Origin: a virus
Taxonomy: Duplodnaviria > Caudoviricetes
IMG/VR virus record: IMGVR_UViG_3300025154_000129
Coordinates: 1 to 53,908 of that record
Strand: one strand, 5' to 3'
DNA: 53,908 nucleotides
Shown: positions 8,861 through 18,197 of the stretch, in pieces
Layout of the letters: each line of letters opens with the position of its first letter
How positions within the stretch are numbered: position 1 is the stretch's first letter
Notes under the pieces: generated by a model
Databases searched by the model: none
What the model was told of the DNA's origin: nothing
Seen by the model: the letters and a program-made list of their open reading frames with translations, nothing else
Position numbers and translations under genes: made by a program

Positions 8861-11671
8861 ATGAGCACACGAACTCCCAATTTAGTTTTGACTAAACCTT
8901 CTCAAGGAGAAGCTTGGAGAAGCGCCTACAACGAAGATATGGACGCTATTGACGTAGCCTATGGGACACTATCATCCAGAATCTCTAACGTAGCTTCCGA
9001 AATTTCCGATTCCCCTGAAGTTTATATTCTAACAGGTACGTTTAACGGCCCTACAGGAGTGACTGTATCGCTTCCGAAAGCCGTTTCTGCTATAACAGAG
9101 TACGGGACAAGTGAAGCTGTTCCGAATACTCATGCAGGGGCTATAGGAGATATATGGGTAGTACCCGGAACATCTTCGCTTGTTGTTTATTGTGCTGAGA
9201 ACAACACGACAGATACCTTTAGAATAGTTGTTTACTATAAAGGTACTGTAAATGCTTACGGTAATTCACAGTATCGAGAATGGATTGTTTCTCCGGATAC
9301 ATCTATTACAGATCATGGAGATGCTACAGACGAAGGTTCCCTAGCCTGGGTTTTGGCTACGCTTTCGGGCGAGGTCAGTGTTCGGCTTCCAGGTAATCAT
9401 ACCTATCAGCTTCTCCAATCCGTTACTGTGCCTACAGGCGTCACGGTAAGGCCGGATCGGGGTGCAATCATAGCCACACAGCTTTCCGTTGCCGGTGGAG
9501 GGGCCGCGTGGACCGTGGTGTCTGGGTCAATCTATGAGATGACCTTGGCTAATGAGCCTGCAACACTTTATGAGTCTGGGGTTGCGCTCACCAAAGTAGC
9601 TGGGGTTGGTAGCATTGACGCGGCTGGCAAATGGGCCTGGAACGCCGGACAGCTTATGGTGCGAACCACCGGCTCAGTGGATCCCGACTCATTGGGAGCA
9701 GATTTGCTGAAGGCTGGGTATTCAATCACCTTCGCCTCCGGCTCCCACCTGGAGGACAACGGCGGGCAGATGTTTTCGAGTCTGCCGGGGGAGGTGGTTG
9801 GGCTGAATTATGCTAGTCCTAATATGTTTGGAGAAAATACTTCTCCAGGCACTACAGCTATGACATCTTTCATAAATACTGCAATCCAATGTGTATCTGA
9901 TTCCGGCGGCGGGACAGTGGAACTTAGACCTGGTGAAACCTATTTAGCACTTTCAATAGCACACAAATCCAACGTCCGACTCATCGCTAATGGTGCGACA
10001 ATTACGAAAAATTCGGGGGCTGCACAAACCTGGATTATTAATATGGATGGATCAGAATCAGCCACAACTACGGCATTTTCCGTAAATTCGGCGGTAGGAG
10101 ATACCACATTAAATGTAACGAGTAGCGCTGGGTTTGCTGCCGGTGATTATGTAATAGTTTATGACGCTACCTATATCGTGGCGACAGATGGGAGGAACCA
10201 GGAACTTAACCGCGTTGCATCTGTTGGTGCTGGTACTATCGTGCTGCAAAATAAAACCATAGGCGCATACGTAATAGCAAGCACCGCCACGGTCACAAAG
10301 TTGAATGCACTTACGAACTCAACCATAGAAGGTGGTACATGGCAACTTGATGCAGGTGTGGTCGGTGGAGGAATTAAGTTATCATTGGCATACGGATGTC
10401 AGGTGAAAAATGCTGTTGTTACAGGCCCAGATGATGGAGAGGGTATAGAAATAGAGCAATCCGCTCATTGTGACATCGAAAACGTCATTGTGAGAGATGG
10501 ACAAAACATTGCAACTCCAGCGAAGGGATATGGATTTCATATCGGGGAATCTTCTCACAATATAGATATCTCTCATTGTAGAACTGAAAATGTCCGAGAA
10601 AATGCAATAACAGCTAATGTGAGATATTCTGGTTTCACAGATTGTACTGCAATTGGTGGGACGGGAGATGGTTTCAATCTTCATGGATTCTCATCTAAAG
10701 GTTGTTGGATTAGGGGTTGTAATATTATCGGTGCTACAGGTAATGGAATATCTGTAGGATACAACACACATAATTCCGGTGATCTTGATGCTGATGTATC
10801 TGGCAACATTGTAATAAATGCTGGAGCTAATGGGATATCAGTCAAGGGTCACACTGACGGAACCAAAGACAACAATGGTATTATAGTTAGTGGGAATACA
10901 ATAAAAGGTTATGGCCTAATAACGGCGTCGAGTAACGGGATTTCGGTGCATCATTCTGACAATGTAACAGTTTCGGGTAATGAAATAGACGGGAACAGCA
11001 TCAGCAATGCTGCATATGGAATTTACTTTTTGGACTCTTCATATAGCGTTGCATCTACTAACAAAATAAAGGGTATTTCTAATGGGTATGGAATAGCATG
11101 GAGCGGCGTTACTAATTTTTTGGCTAATGGCAATACTCTTAATAATATTTCTAGCTCAAATCTTAGGTCGCTAGGAACAAATGTAAATGTCAAGATATGT
11201 GACAATATTACAGATGATTCCACTGTGACCCAACAAGCGGGAGAAGTGTGGAGTGGGAATCATCTTGGTGCTATTCCAAGTAGTGAGCAGTTATTGACAG
11301 GAGCAAGTGGCGAAAAAGCCAGTATTGGAACCGTTACCCAACTTGTTACAGTCGCCGCCGCCGCAACGACAGATACAACAATAGATCTTCCGGCTAATGC
11401 TATAATACTAGGTGTTTCGGTGCGTGTTACCGTACTGATTCCTACAGCAGCTACTTTTACGGTGACAGGAGCCACTACGGGGACGGCTTTTCAAACGGGA
11501 GCAAGTGTTGCTGTGGCAGCAGGCACGACGGATGTTGGCACTAAGTCGTGTCCATACCTTAATGCGTCGGCACAAAAAATAAGGATTACTCCAAACGCAT
11601 CGCCAGCAGACAATACTGGTCGGGTAAGAGTTACAGTGTTTTATATTCAACTTACAGCACCAACATTATGA
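8861..11671 (+). CDS. Tailspike / receptor-binding protein with right-handed beta-helix (putative depolymerase)
   Basis: N-terminal TPNLVLTKP anchor; INTAIQ..GGGTVELRPGETY pectate-lyase-3-like start; many GN/GI beta-helix repeats. Confidence 0.8.
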   Translation: MSTRTPNLVLTKPSQGEAWRSAYNEDMDAIDVAYGTLSSRISNVASEISDSPEVYILTGTFNGPTGVTVSLPKAVSAITEYGTSEAVPNTHAGAIGDIWVVPGTSSLVVYCAENNTTDTFRIVVYYKGTVNAYGNSQYREWIVSPDTSITDHGDATDEGSLAWVLATLSGEVSVRLPGNHTYQLLQSVTVPTGVTVRPDRGAIIATQLSVAGGGAAWTVVSGSIYEMTLANEPATLYESGVALTKVAGVGSIDAAGKWAWNAGQLMVRTTGSVDPDSLGADLLKAGYSITFASGSHLEDNGGQMFSSLPGEVVGLNYASPNMFGENTSPGTTAMTSFINTAIQCVSDSGGGTVELRPGETYLALSIAHKSNVRLIANGATITKNSGAAQTWIINMDGSESATTTAFSVNSAVGDTTLNVTSSAGFAAGDYVIVYDATYIVATDGRNQELNRVASVGAGTIVLQNKTIGAYVIASTATVTKLNALTNSTIEGGTWQLDAGVVGGGIKLSLAYGCQVKNAVVTGPDDGEGIEIEQSAHCDIENVIVRDGQNIATPAKGYGFHIGESSHNIDISHCRTENVRENAITANVRYSGFTDCTAIGGTGDGFNLHGFSSKGCWIRGCNIIGATGNGISVGYNTHNSGDLDADVSGNIVINAGANGISVKGHTDGTKDNNGIIVSGNTIKGYGLITASSNGISVHHSDNVTVSGNEIDGNSISNAAYGIYFLDSSYSVASTNKIKGISNGYGIAWSGVTNFLANGNTLNNISSSNLRSLGTNVNVKICDNITDDSTVTQQAGEVWSGNHLGAIPSSEQLLTGASGEKASIGTVTQLVTVAAAATTDTTIDLPANAIILGVSVRVTVLIPTAATFTVTGATTGTAFQTGASVAVAAGTTDVGTKSCPYLNASAQKIRITPNASPADNTGRVRVTVFYIQLTAPTL

Positions 11672-11726
11672 GCGGTCTGCGAGGGATGCGGTGATAATGT
11701 TGCGACTCCTTTGTCGAGGACTGAGA

Positions 11727-12103
11727 ATGACAAAAATCCTACTCACTATAGCAACAATCCTCATTCTCGCGTCCCATTCCATCGCGGCAGACATCCGACT
11801 GGAACGGGACGTCACGAAGGATGCAACCGGCTACAAGCTCCAGATCAGCACCGACAACAAACCTTGGCATCCCTCACCGACTACCGTGAATGCGAAGTGG
11901 TCGGTGAGGGATGTGAGGATGTTAGGCCATGGGGAGAGGTCAGGGATACCGGGAGCGCCGGGCCTGAGTACGTTTGGAAGGGCGCTTCCGATTCCGGGCT
12001 GCTGATGTTTCGGATCATGTCATATAACGATTATGGGCGAGCATGGAATACTACTCGTGGGGTTTGGACTAATGAGGGTCGTAAAATCCCGACAAAGCAT
12101 TGA
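11727..12103 (+). pseudogene. Frameshifted exported FN3-like protein gene (copy A), interrupted by a hairpin insertion
   Basis: Signal peptide MTKILLTIATILILASHSIAA then DIRLE..ATGYKLQISTD in one frame; continuation WGEVRDTG..FRIMSYNDYG is in another frame after an insert of about 68 nt. Confidence 0.55.
11868..11913. repeat. 17-bp inverted repeat (1 mismatch), 12-nt loop
   Basis: CATCCCTCACCGACTAC (11868-11884) / GTGGTCGGTGAGGGATG (11897-11913). Confidence 0.9.
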
Positions 12104-12225
12104 GGTGCCTTCAATGGTTATAGGGTTTGAAGTGTCAGATTGGAAGTATCAGCAAGATACACCATAATGAAGACTGAGGGGAATGTAAGGAAACAATTAA
12201 AGTATTCAAAATTAAGGAGAAGAAA

Positions 12226-12600
12226 ATGAACAAATTTTTTATTGCTTTGTTGAGTGTATTTGTGCTAGCGAGTTGTTCGTCGGTATCCACATTTAGAGAT
12301 CCTTACGCAACTGTTTTTGATAAGGCTCAAGCTGTGTGCTCAGATCTTCAAACAAGTGCAGGACTTGCTCATCTCTCAATAGGAATTGCATCTGCAACTT
12401 CTCAAGGGAAAATGAAGGAATATATCGACAACAAGATACAACCTCTGCTATTGAGAATTGATGATGGAATCTCTGCTTACTGTACAATTGTTCCTCTCAC
12501 TGAGTCTACAAAAGATGTAAAGACTTTGTTGACCAAAGAACAAGAGATAAGAGATCTTATCAACTATGTTCTTAGAGCAGTAGGAACAAACAAAAGATGA
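12226..12600 (+). CDS. Lipoprotein (possible spanin or exclusion protein)
   Basis: MNKFFIALLSVFVLAS-C lipobox; AAGGAG RBS. Confidence 0.7.
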   Translation: MNKFFIALLSVFVLASCSSVSTFRDPYATVFDKAQAVCSDLQTSAGLAHLSIGIASATSQGKMKEYIDNKIQPLLLRIDDGISAYCTIVPLTESTKDVKTLLTKEQEIRDLINYVLRAVGTNKR

Positions 12601-12685
12601 AGTATCCTTTTTGAAATAATACCGCAAGAAGAGGACAATAGGAAACTAAAGTCTATCTTCTTCGGTATTAAATGGAGATATTGAA

Positions 12686-13129
12686 ATGCAAATATCATGG
12701 TGGCAGCTTGTAAAATCAATTCCTGAGCTTCGTAAAGCTATTGCTCCTATTGGCGAGAGTAAAGATTGGTATCTATCCGAGACATACTGGGCAGCTATCA
12801 TCAAAGCAACATTTACGTTGCTTTCCTGTTTTGGGATCTATGTCGCCGCGACTGTCGAGCAGATCCAGACAATCAGCATAGCTATCCCGCTCATTATCGT
12901 GCCCGCATGTTCGGCCTTCACCTCGCTCGCCATGATGTGGCTGAGAAACAGGTCCTCGACGCCGATCTCGGGAACCGCGGCTTCGGCTGTGATTGGGGAT
13001 AATACGATTGTACTTCCATCGGGTACAGAGGTTGAGGATACCACTGAAGTTATTAAAACAGCACGGGAAGCAGGCAAGAACGTAGTTGTGATTGTTCCGA
13101 AGACGAGTGATAGTAACAGTGTTAAGTAA
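12686..13129 (+). CDS. Holin-like membrane protein
   Basis: KDWYLSETYWAAI motif followed by two hydrophobic segments and LRNRSSTPI, resembling small phage holins. Confidence 0.5.
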   Translation: MQISWWQLVKSIPELRKAIAPIGESKDWYLSETYWAAIIKATFTLLSCFGIYVAATVEQIQTISIAIPLIIVPACSAFTSLAMMWLRNRSSTPISGTAASAVIGDNTIVLPSGTEVEDTTEVIKTAREAGKNVVVIVPKTSDSNSVK

Positions 13130-13169
13130 TAAGAAAATGAAAAATCTTTTGTAGTAAAAGGAGTGAAGT

Positions 13170-13496
13170 ATGCCTTGGAATATCGAAGCTGCAATAAGAA
13201 GAATGGCTCCTCCTGAAAACGAGTTCAAGATAACCGCAGTAACAGTAAGATCAGGGGAAGCTGAGTTTGCTACACATCTAACAGGGGGACAAGGAAGAAC
13301 AGGGATATATGCTTATAATAATTCTAATGGCTCTAGTGGTGAATGTTATTGGGGAAGCTCTCCTTTAACACCAGCTAACGGAATGCCTATACCTGTAGGT
13401 TCTATAATAGAAGTTCTCATACCGCCTGCTCAAAATCCATATTTTTGTAGCTTGAGCGGAGAAATAGGGGATCTTAGAGTTCTTGAAGTATCGTAA
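13170..13496 (+). CDS. Hypothetical protein (probably virion-associated)
   Basis: 108-aa ORF with AAGGAG RBS in the late operon. Confidence 0.55.
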   Translation: MPWNIEAAIRRMAPPENEFKITAVTVRSGEAEFATHLTGGQGRTGIYAYNNSNGSSGECYWGSSPLTPANGMPIPVGSIIEVLIPPAQNPYFCSLSGEIGDLRVLEVS

Positions 13497-13507
13497 AGGA
13501 GTATCGA

Positions 13508-14089
13508 ATGAAAAGAATACCAGGCACTCAGCTCAAACAAGATCCTGTTGCAACTACAGCAGAAATGCAAGCAGGGGCAGAGACAAAACCACGAAGAGTA
13601 AGTCCTGTCCTTGTTTGGGAATCCATAGCTTCTTGGTGGTCTACAGTAGGCCGACTGGCTCCTGGGGACATCGGTGGTACGACGCCTGCCGCTGGCACAT
13701 TCACCACGCTGAACGGAGGCATAAAGCGGGAAGAAGTCCCGACCACCGGGAATCTAACGGTTCAGCAGATGCGTGGAACGCTCATCAGTAATTCGGGCCA
13801 GACCGTAGCCAACACGCAACAATGCCCAACGCTTACAGGGGAAATGAATGGGCTGGTGCAGGTCGAAACCGCAGGGGCGGGTGCATTCTACATCAAGACC
13901 GGCCCCAACGACCGACCTGGAATCTCATCCGGTGGGGTAATCACGTGGGGGAACAACGGCGATAAAGTTGGATTTGCGACTCCATCAGTTGGTGATTCTT
14001 TCACGTTTAAAACTATCAAGGTCGGTGTCGATGCCTTCGATCTCATAATTTATCCCGGCGAGGGTAATGTCGTGAACGGAGGCGCATAA
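13508..14089 (+). CDS. Tail fibre-related protein
   Basis: IGGTTPAAGTFTTL fibre-shaft motif; ATTAEMQAG; RBS AAGGAG. Confidence 0.55.
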   Translation: MKRIPGTQLKQDPVATTAEMQAGAETKPRRVSPVLVWESIASWWSTVGRLAPGDIGGTTPAAGTFTTLNGGIKREEVPTTGNLTVQQMRGTLISNSGQTVANTQQCPTLTGEMNGLVQVETAGAGAFYIKTGPNDRPGISSGGVITWGNNGDKVGFATPSVGDSFTFKTIKVGVDAFDLIIYPGEGNVVNGGA

Positions 14090-14091
14090 TC

Positions 14092-15048
14092 ATGGCTCAT
14101 CCAATAATTCTCGATAGACTAAAACAGGAGTGGTACGGGCCAACCTGGGTGCTCGATTCGGCCACGGGGATTTGGACGAATACGCCTACGTTGGGTGAAG
14201 AGTTGTTGACCAATGGCGACATGGAACTGTTTACGGGAACTCTAGCAGACAATTGTGCAACTCAAGTTGGAACGAGTACGACAATTGATACAATCAAGGA
14301 GGCTACAATAAAGCACGGAGGAAATTATAGCCAAGGCTTCAATAGATCCTCCGGTGTATCATTCGTTTTGGTAAAACAAACAACCAACCAAACAAATGGA
14401 TTTTATAGAGCAGATGTTTGGTTATATGGTGACAATAATGCAATTATGACAAAAATTCAGGAAAATGGGGGATCTTATACTAATTACACCGGTGATATTA
14501 GTTCAAATGTTCCAGAAAGCTGGAACAAACGAATACACACATATCTAAAATATGGAGTTGCATCTACTATGTTTATAGTGCAACGTAATGTCGATGGTGT
14601 TGTGTATTTTGATGATATGTCAGTTAAGCAAATTTCCCTTCCAACCCTTTTCAAAACCCGACTTTTCTCGTCTGCTCTCGGAGCGGTGAAGGCGAAACTG
14701 GTAAACTCTCCCAACGGCACGCAGGCAGGTGTCTGCATGGGCCTTGACAGTTATTCTGCTCCAACATACGGAGTGGTTGGCTATCACAACGGAAAGAACT
14801 GCAAATTGGAGTATTTCTTAAACGGTTCATGGACCACGACTATCAATTCAGCGGTTGCTTTTGTAGCAAACGCCCTGATTGAAATTGAGCATCCAGACAC
14901 AACGACATATAGGCTCAAGTATAACGGTTCTCAGATTTTGGGCGATATCACAATCAACGACGCCACGCTCAACGCGAGTAGGCGGCATGGTCTGATTTCG
15001 ACATACGGCGGGAATCGGATAAAGGAATTTTCGTTTGTTCCGGCGTAA
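14092..15048 (+). CDS. Carbohydrate-binding-domain virion protein
   Basis: GEELLTNGDME ... VYFDDMSVKQ, the boundaries of a CBM4/9-like jelly-roll; second beta-rich domain follows. Confidence 0.55.
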   Translation: MAHPIILDRLKQEWYGPTWVLDSATGIWTNTPTLGEELLTNGDMELFTGTLADNCATQVGTSTTIDTIKEATIKHGGNYSQGFNRSSGVSFVLVKQTTNQTNGFYRADVWLYGDNNAIMTKIQENGGSYTNYTGDISSNVPESWNKRIHTYLKYGVASTMFIVQRNVDGVVYFDDMSVKQISLPTLFKTRLFSSALGAVKAKLVNSPNGTQAGVCMGLDSYSAPTYGVVGYHNGKNCKLEYFLNGSWTTTINSAVAFVANALIEIEHPDTTTYRLKYNGSQILGDITINDATLNASRRHGLISTYGGNRIKEFSFVPA

Positions 15049-15058
15049 TGGAGGTTGC

Positions 15059-15295
15059 ATGCTAGAGATACCAGAAAAAAGAATTTGCGGAACATGCCGA
15101 AAATGGGAAGCCGACTTAAGGCGAGACAAGCTCACATGGGGCCAGTGCTCCCATAATCACCTGCGCCCATTCGTTGCGTTTGAGGAAGAAGGGAATTTGG
15201 TTGATTTTAAGCAGGCGTTATTCCCGAGTACATTTAACTGCATCAATTATGAGATAGGGCGACCGAAATCAATGTGGTGTATCGAGGAGGCATGA
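15059..15295 (+). CDS. Small Cys-containing hypothetical protein
   Basis: ATG after GGAGG; CGTC..WGQC..C. Confidence 0.5.
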   Translation: MLEIPEKRICGTCRKWEADLRRDKLTWGQCSHNHLRPFVAFEEEGNLVDFKQALFPSTFNCINYEIGRPKSMWCIEEA

Positions 15296-15296
15296 C

Positions 15297-15548
15297 GTGG
15301 CACTTGTGACAAAAGTATTTCGAATGGCCCAGGACGGTGACTCCCTCACGCCGGAAGCCTGGCACGCTATCCAGGCCGAGCTTGAGGCCGTGATATTTGT
15401 CGAAGGGATGGAAGGTTGTGGTTTTGCCTGGAATGCCGAGCCGTGGTCTTCGCAGCTTGGTGAGCCCTGCACTCGCATCGCAACCGACGAAGCGGTTATG
15501 GCCGTGATCGAAGCGGACCCGCGCAGCGTGAAGGTCGCTGATCTGTGA
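15297..15548 (+). CDS. Hypothetical protein
   Basis: GTG start after GAGGAGG, closely following the upstream gene. Confidence 0.5.
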   Translation: MALVTKVFRMAQDGDSLTPEAWHAIQAELEAVIFVEGMEGCGFAWNAEPWSSQLGEPCTRIATDEAVMAVIEADPRSVKVADL

Positions 15549-15695
15549 GAGCATCCGTGCTCACAGTGGCTTTCGTTCTACTCCTGGCAGTCCCATTCCA
15601 GGCGGTAGACATCCGCCTGGAATGGGACTGCCAGTAAGAATGCGACCAGATACAAGCTACAGATCAGCACCGACCGGGGCCGCACCTGGGGTAGC
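15545..15695 (+). pseudogene. Truncated, frameshifted FN3-like protein gene (copy B)
   Basis: MRASVLTVAFVLLLAVPFQAVDIRLEWD then, after a +1 shift, ASKNATRYKLQISTDRGRTWG; nucleotide similarity to 11735-11855. Confidence 0.6.
15584..15634. repeat. Perfect 22-bp inverted repeat, 7-nt loop
   Basis: CTGGCAGTCCCATTCCAGGCGG-TAGACAT-CCGCCTGGAATGGGACTGCCAG, at the convergence of the + and - transcription units. Confidence 0.95.
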
Positions 15696-15737
15696 TGTTT
15701 TTCATGGTCGTATCCTCTCCGCGTCGTCTAACCACTG

Positions 15738-16118
15738 CTATGCCTTCTTAGCGTCCCTCATCGACAGAAAATCGATCTGATTCAAAATCATATACCGGCA
15801 TTCAGGGCACCGATCCATGAGTGCCTGCCTGGAGGCTGCGGGATCGGCCTTCCACTCTCGTTCCCACTCTTCCAGATAGCCAAAGTCCGGCTGCTCAATG
15901 GGGGAGTTGTGGTTCCCTCCCCGCCTCAACATTTCTGCCGCAAGTTCGTCGTGGCGCTCCTTGTACCTGGCCGGCTCGAAGCAATTATTCGTTAGATACT
16001 TACCAGGGCGCATTTTTTTTATGGTCCACTTTTTGATATGCTTGTGGTGCTCAAAATGCGCTCCATTGAGACACTGTGGACACATGAACTTCGGGTTGAT
16101 TGTTGGTCTGTGGTTCAT
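15738..16118 (-). CDS. Pyrimidine-dimer DNA glycosylase / T4 endonuclease V-like protein
   Basis: INPKFMCPQCLNGAH.E.H, RHDELAAEMLRRG.NHNSP, RCPECR; start set at ATG 16118 after GGGGAG. Confidence 0.65.
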   Translation of the reverse strand: MNHRPTINPKFMCPQCLNGAHFEHHKHIKKWTIKKMRPGKYLTNNCFEPARYKERHDELAAEMLRRGGNHNSPIEQPDFGYLEEWEREWKADPAASRQALMDRCPECRYMILNQIDFLSMRDAKKA

Positions 16119-16140
16119 TTGTACTCCCCCTTGTTTTGAG

Positions 16141-16743
16141 CTAGCTAACCACAGAAACACCGTCAATAAGATCAACATTAAAAACCTTATCCGCTGCTTT
16201 ATTTACAAGATCAACGTCACTGACCATTAAAAACTGAATGCCTAACTCATCTGATAACATCTTTACCATTTCAGAGCATCTTTCTTGTTCCTTTATTCCA
16301 TGTAGATTTCTAAAAGGTTCATCAATTAGTATCGTATCCCTGTTCTTCTTTAAGCTCCAAAAAGCAATCCTCAGAGCAAAGCAAGTAATGTCAAGAACTC
16401 CGCCCCCTGTAAATCCGATGGGATTCATTTCTCTCCCGTTTTTGATAAACAGCAAATCGCACTCTGTTTTGCCTCTTCTCTTTACGAATTTAACAAGAAA
16501 CTCTTCAGGATCATCAAATACCGCAGATAAAGCGGTTGTAACAAGTTTGGATATTCTAAACTCAAGATTCTTCTGTGTTTGTTCTGCAACTGCTTGAATC
16601 AAGACTCTCATCTTTTCAAGACGCAAGGATCTGTCTTCTAGTGTGTTTCCCTTCACTTTTAAAGCTTCAACATCTCTTTGTAGTATAGATTCTTCTGCTC
16701 TCAAGGAAATGTATTTCTCACGATAATCCTGCAATGTTGTCAT
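16141..16743 (-). CDS. SbcC/Rad50-like ATPase, C-terminal half
   Basis: Coiled coil, signature TGGG, Walker B ILIDEPF, QFLMVS. Confidence 0.8.
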   Translation of the reverse strand: MTTLQDYREKYISLRAEESILQRDVEALKVKGNTLEDRSLRLEKMRVLIQAVAEQTQKNLEFRISKLVTTALSAVFDDPEEFLVKFVKRRGKTECDLLFIKNGREMNPIGFTGGGVLDITCFALRIAFWSLKKNRDTILIDEPFRNLHGIKEQERCSEMVKMLSDELGIQFLMVSDVDLVNKAADKVFNVDLIDGVSVVS

Positions 16744-17024
16744 TTGTCATCTACTCCGAATATGTGATTCAATACATTGTTTTCTTTCGCTCTAGGATAA
16801 GGAGGAATAGGACCAAAGTAACATTCAACATCTGATATTTGTTCTAATTGGTGCTCTCCCATATACAAACATTTCGGATTTTGTGCTCTTCTCCAATCTC
16901 CGTAAGCAACAGTTACATTGTGTATGGGCCATTGTCCTCTATTCTTTATAAGATATAAACCAGGTTTAGAAGGCTTTCCTTCTTTCCATTCAAGCTTGTT
17001 ACAAGTACAAATATCTTTGATCAT
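16740..17024 (-). CDS. Hypothetical protein
   Basis: W.EGKPSKPGLYL..FGPIP small phage protein pattern; start and stop overlap its neighbours. Confidence 0.6.
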   Translation of the reverse strand: MIKDICTCNKLEWKEGKPSKPGLYLIKNRGQWPIHNVTVAYGDWRRAQNPKCLYMGEHQLEQISDVECYFGPIPPYPRAKENNVLNHIFGVDDK

Positions 17025-17269
17025 AAAGGAAACCTCGCTTTCATATCTTCAAACCCTGATCCTAGTTCTTTCTCAATCTTCTCTTTCTCATTTTTCCAAT
17101 CATCGACTATTTTCCTTGAAGCTTCTAAATCATCTGTTCCTGTTACTTCCTTCAACTGCTTACACATTCCTTGCAGAACACCTTGATCCCTTGCAATATC
17201 TTGTTTTGTTTGTCCTATAGCGGCTTCGTATTCTTTGAGTTCTTTGATGATTTGCTCAGGTCTAACCAT
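17021..17269 (-). CDS. Small coiled-coil protein
   Basis: 82 aa with heptad pattern; coupled to the SbcD gene. Confidence 0.65.
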   Translation of the reverse strand: MVRPEQIIKELKEYEAAIGQTKQDIARDQGVLQGMCKQLKEVTGTDDLEASRKIVDDWKNEKEKIEKELGSGFEDMKARFPL

Positions 17270-18197
17270 TTGTCGCTCCTTCTAAGATCTCTTGCATTAT
17301 GCTTTGATCGACACTATCGGGTTTTGTTTTGTCAAAAGCGTTTTTCAAATCCAAAGAGAAATCTAAACCTGATGTCTCCATATCTTTCTTTAGTTCCTCT
17401 TTGTAAACAAGTAATTCCTCATTCTTCTTTTTTTCTCTCTCAACCTTTTTCAGATCAAACACAAGAGAAGATTTTTCACAAGGAATAAAGATTTGTTCAA
17501 GCAGACCATTAAAAGTATCAAACACATAGAAACAAGGACGATGATCTGTTTGATCTGTTCCTTGTCTCATAATAGAACCTGCATTTATCAACCAAGCTCC
17601 ATCTGCTAAACCTGTAAGAGTTTGATGATTATCACCGGAAACAATCAAACTGTAATCAGGATATTTCCTCAGTAGTATGTTTGCTCTTTCTTCCCCGTCT
17701 TGGCCAAACCAGAGTTTTTCATGAACAACCATTCTGTGGGTAAGCAGGATATTGAAAGCATCAGGATCTTCTACTTGAGGAACTTCAGATCCCCATCCTG
17801 CTCCGTACACATTTGTTTCCTCATCCAACATGAAACAATCTTTGGTCATTAATTCGATTGCTCCACTTGTTCTTAGGTTCTCGATAGGAGTCCCTGTCAA
17901 GTCAGTCGAATGATACCTCTGATCGTGTTGTCCTTCTACTACAAGATGCTGAATTCCTTTATTCTTGTAAGTCAGGAACAACTCGGTGTACATATTGATT
18001 AATTTGAGCATCTGTTTCAAAGGTTGAATGGCTATGTCAAATAAGTCACCTCCATTTAAGATTGTTTTTATGTCATTTTCCAAAGCGTAGTTATAAATAA
18101 AAACAACCTTTTTGTATTGGGTGTAAAAGAAATCATCTATTCTATTCTCAGGTTTTGTAGACCTAAGATGCCAATCGTCTGTGCAGATAAGTTTCAT
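17262..18197 (-). CDS. SbcD/Mre11-like metallophosphoesterase nuclease
   Basis: DWHL, GGDLFD, GQHD, LLTH, GDNH, NAGS motifs; start at ATG 18197 after GGAGG. Confidence 0.9.
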   Translation of the reverse strand: MKLICTDDWHLRSTKPENRIDDFFYTQYKKVVFIYNYALENDIKTILNGGDLFDIAIQPLKQMLKLINMYTELFLTYKNKGIQHLVVEGQHDQRYHSTDLTGTPIENLRTSGAIELMTKDCFMLDEETNVYGAGWGSEVPQVEDPDAFNILLTHRMVVHEKLWFGQDGEERANILLRKYPDYSLIVSGDNHQTLTGLADGAWLINAGSIMRQGTDQTDHRPCFYVFDTFNGLLEQIFIPCEKSSLVFDLKKVEREKKKNEELLVYKEELKKDMETSGLDFSLDLKNAFDKTKPDSVDQSIMQEILEGATNG

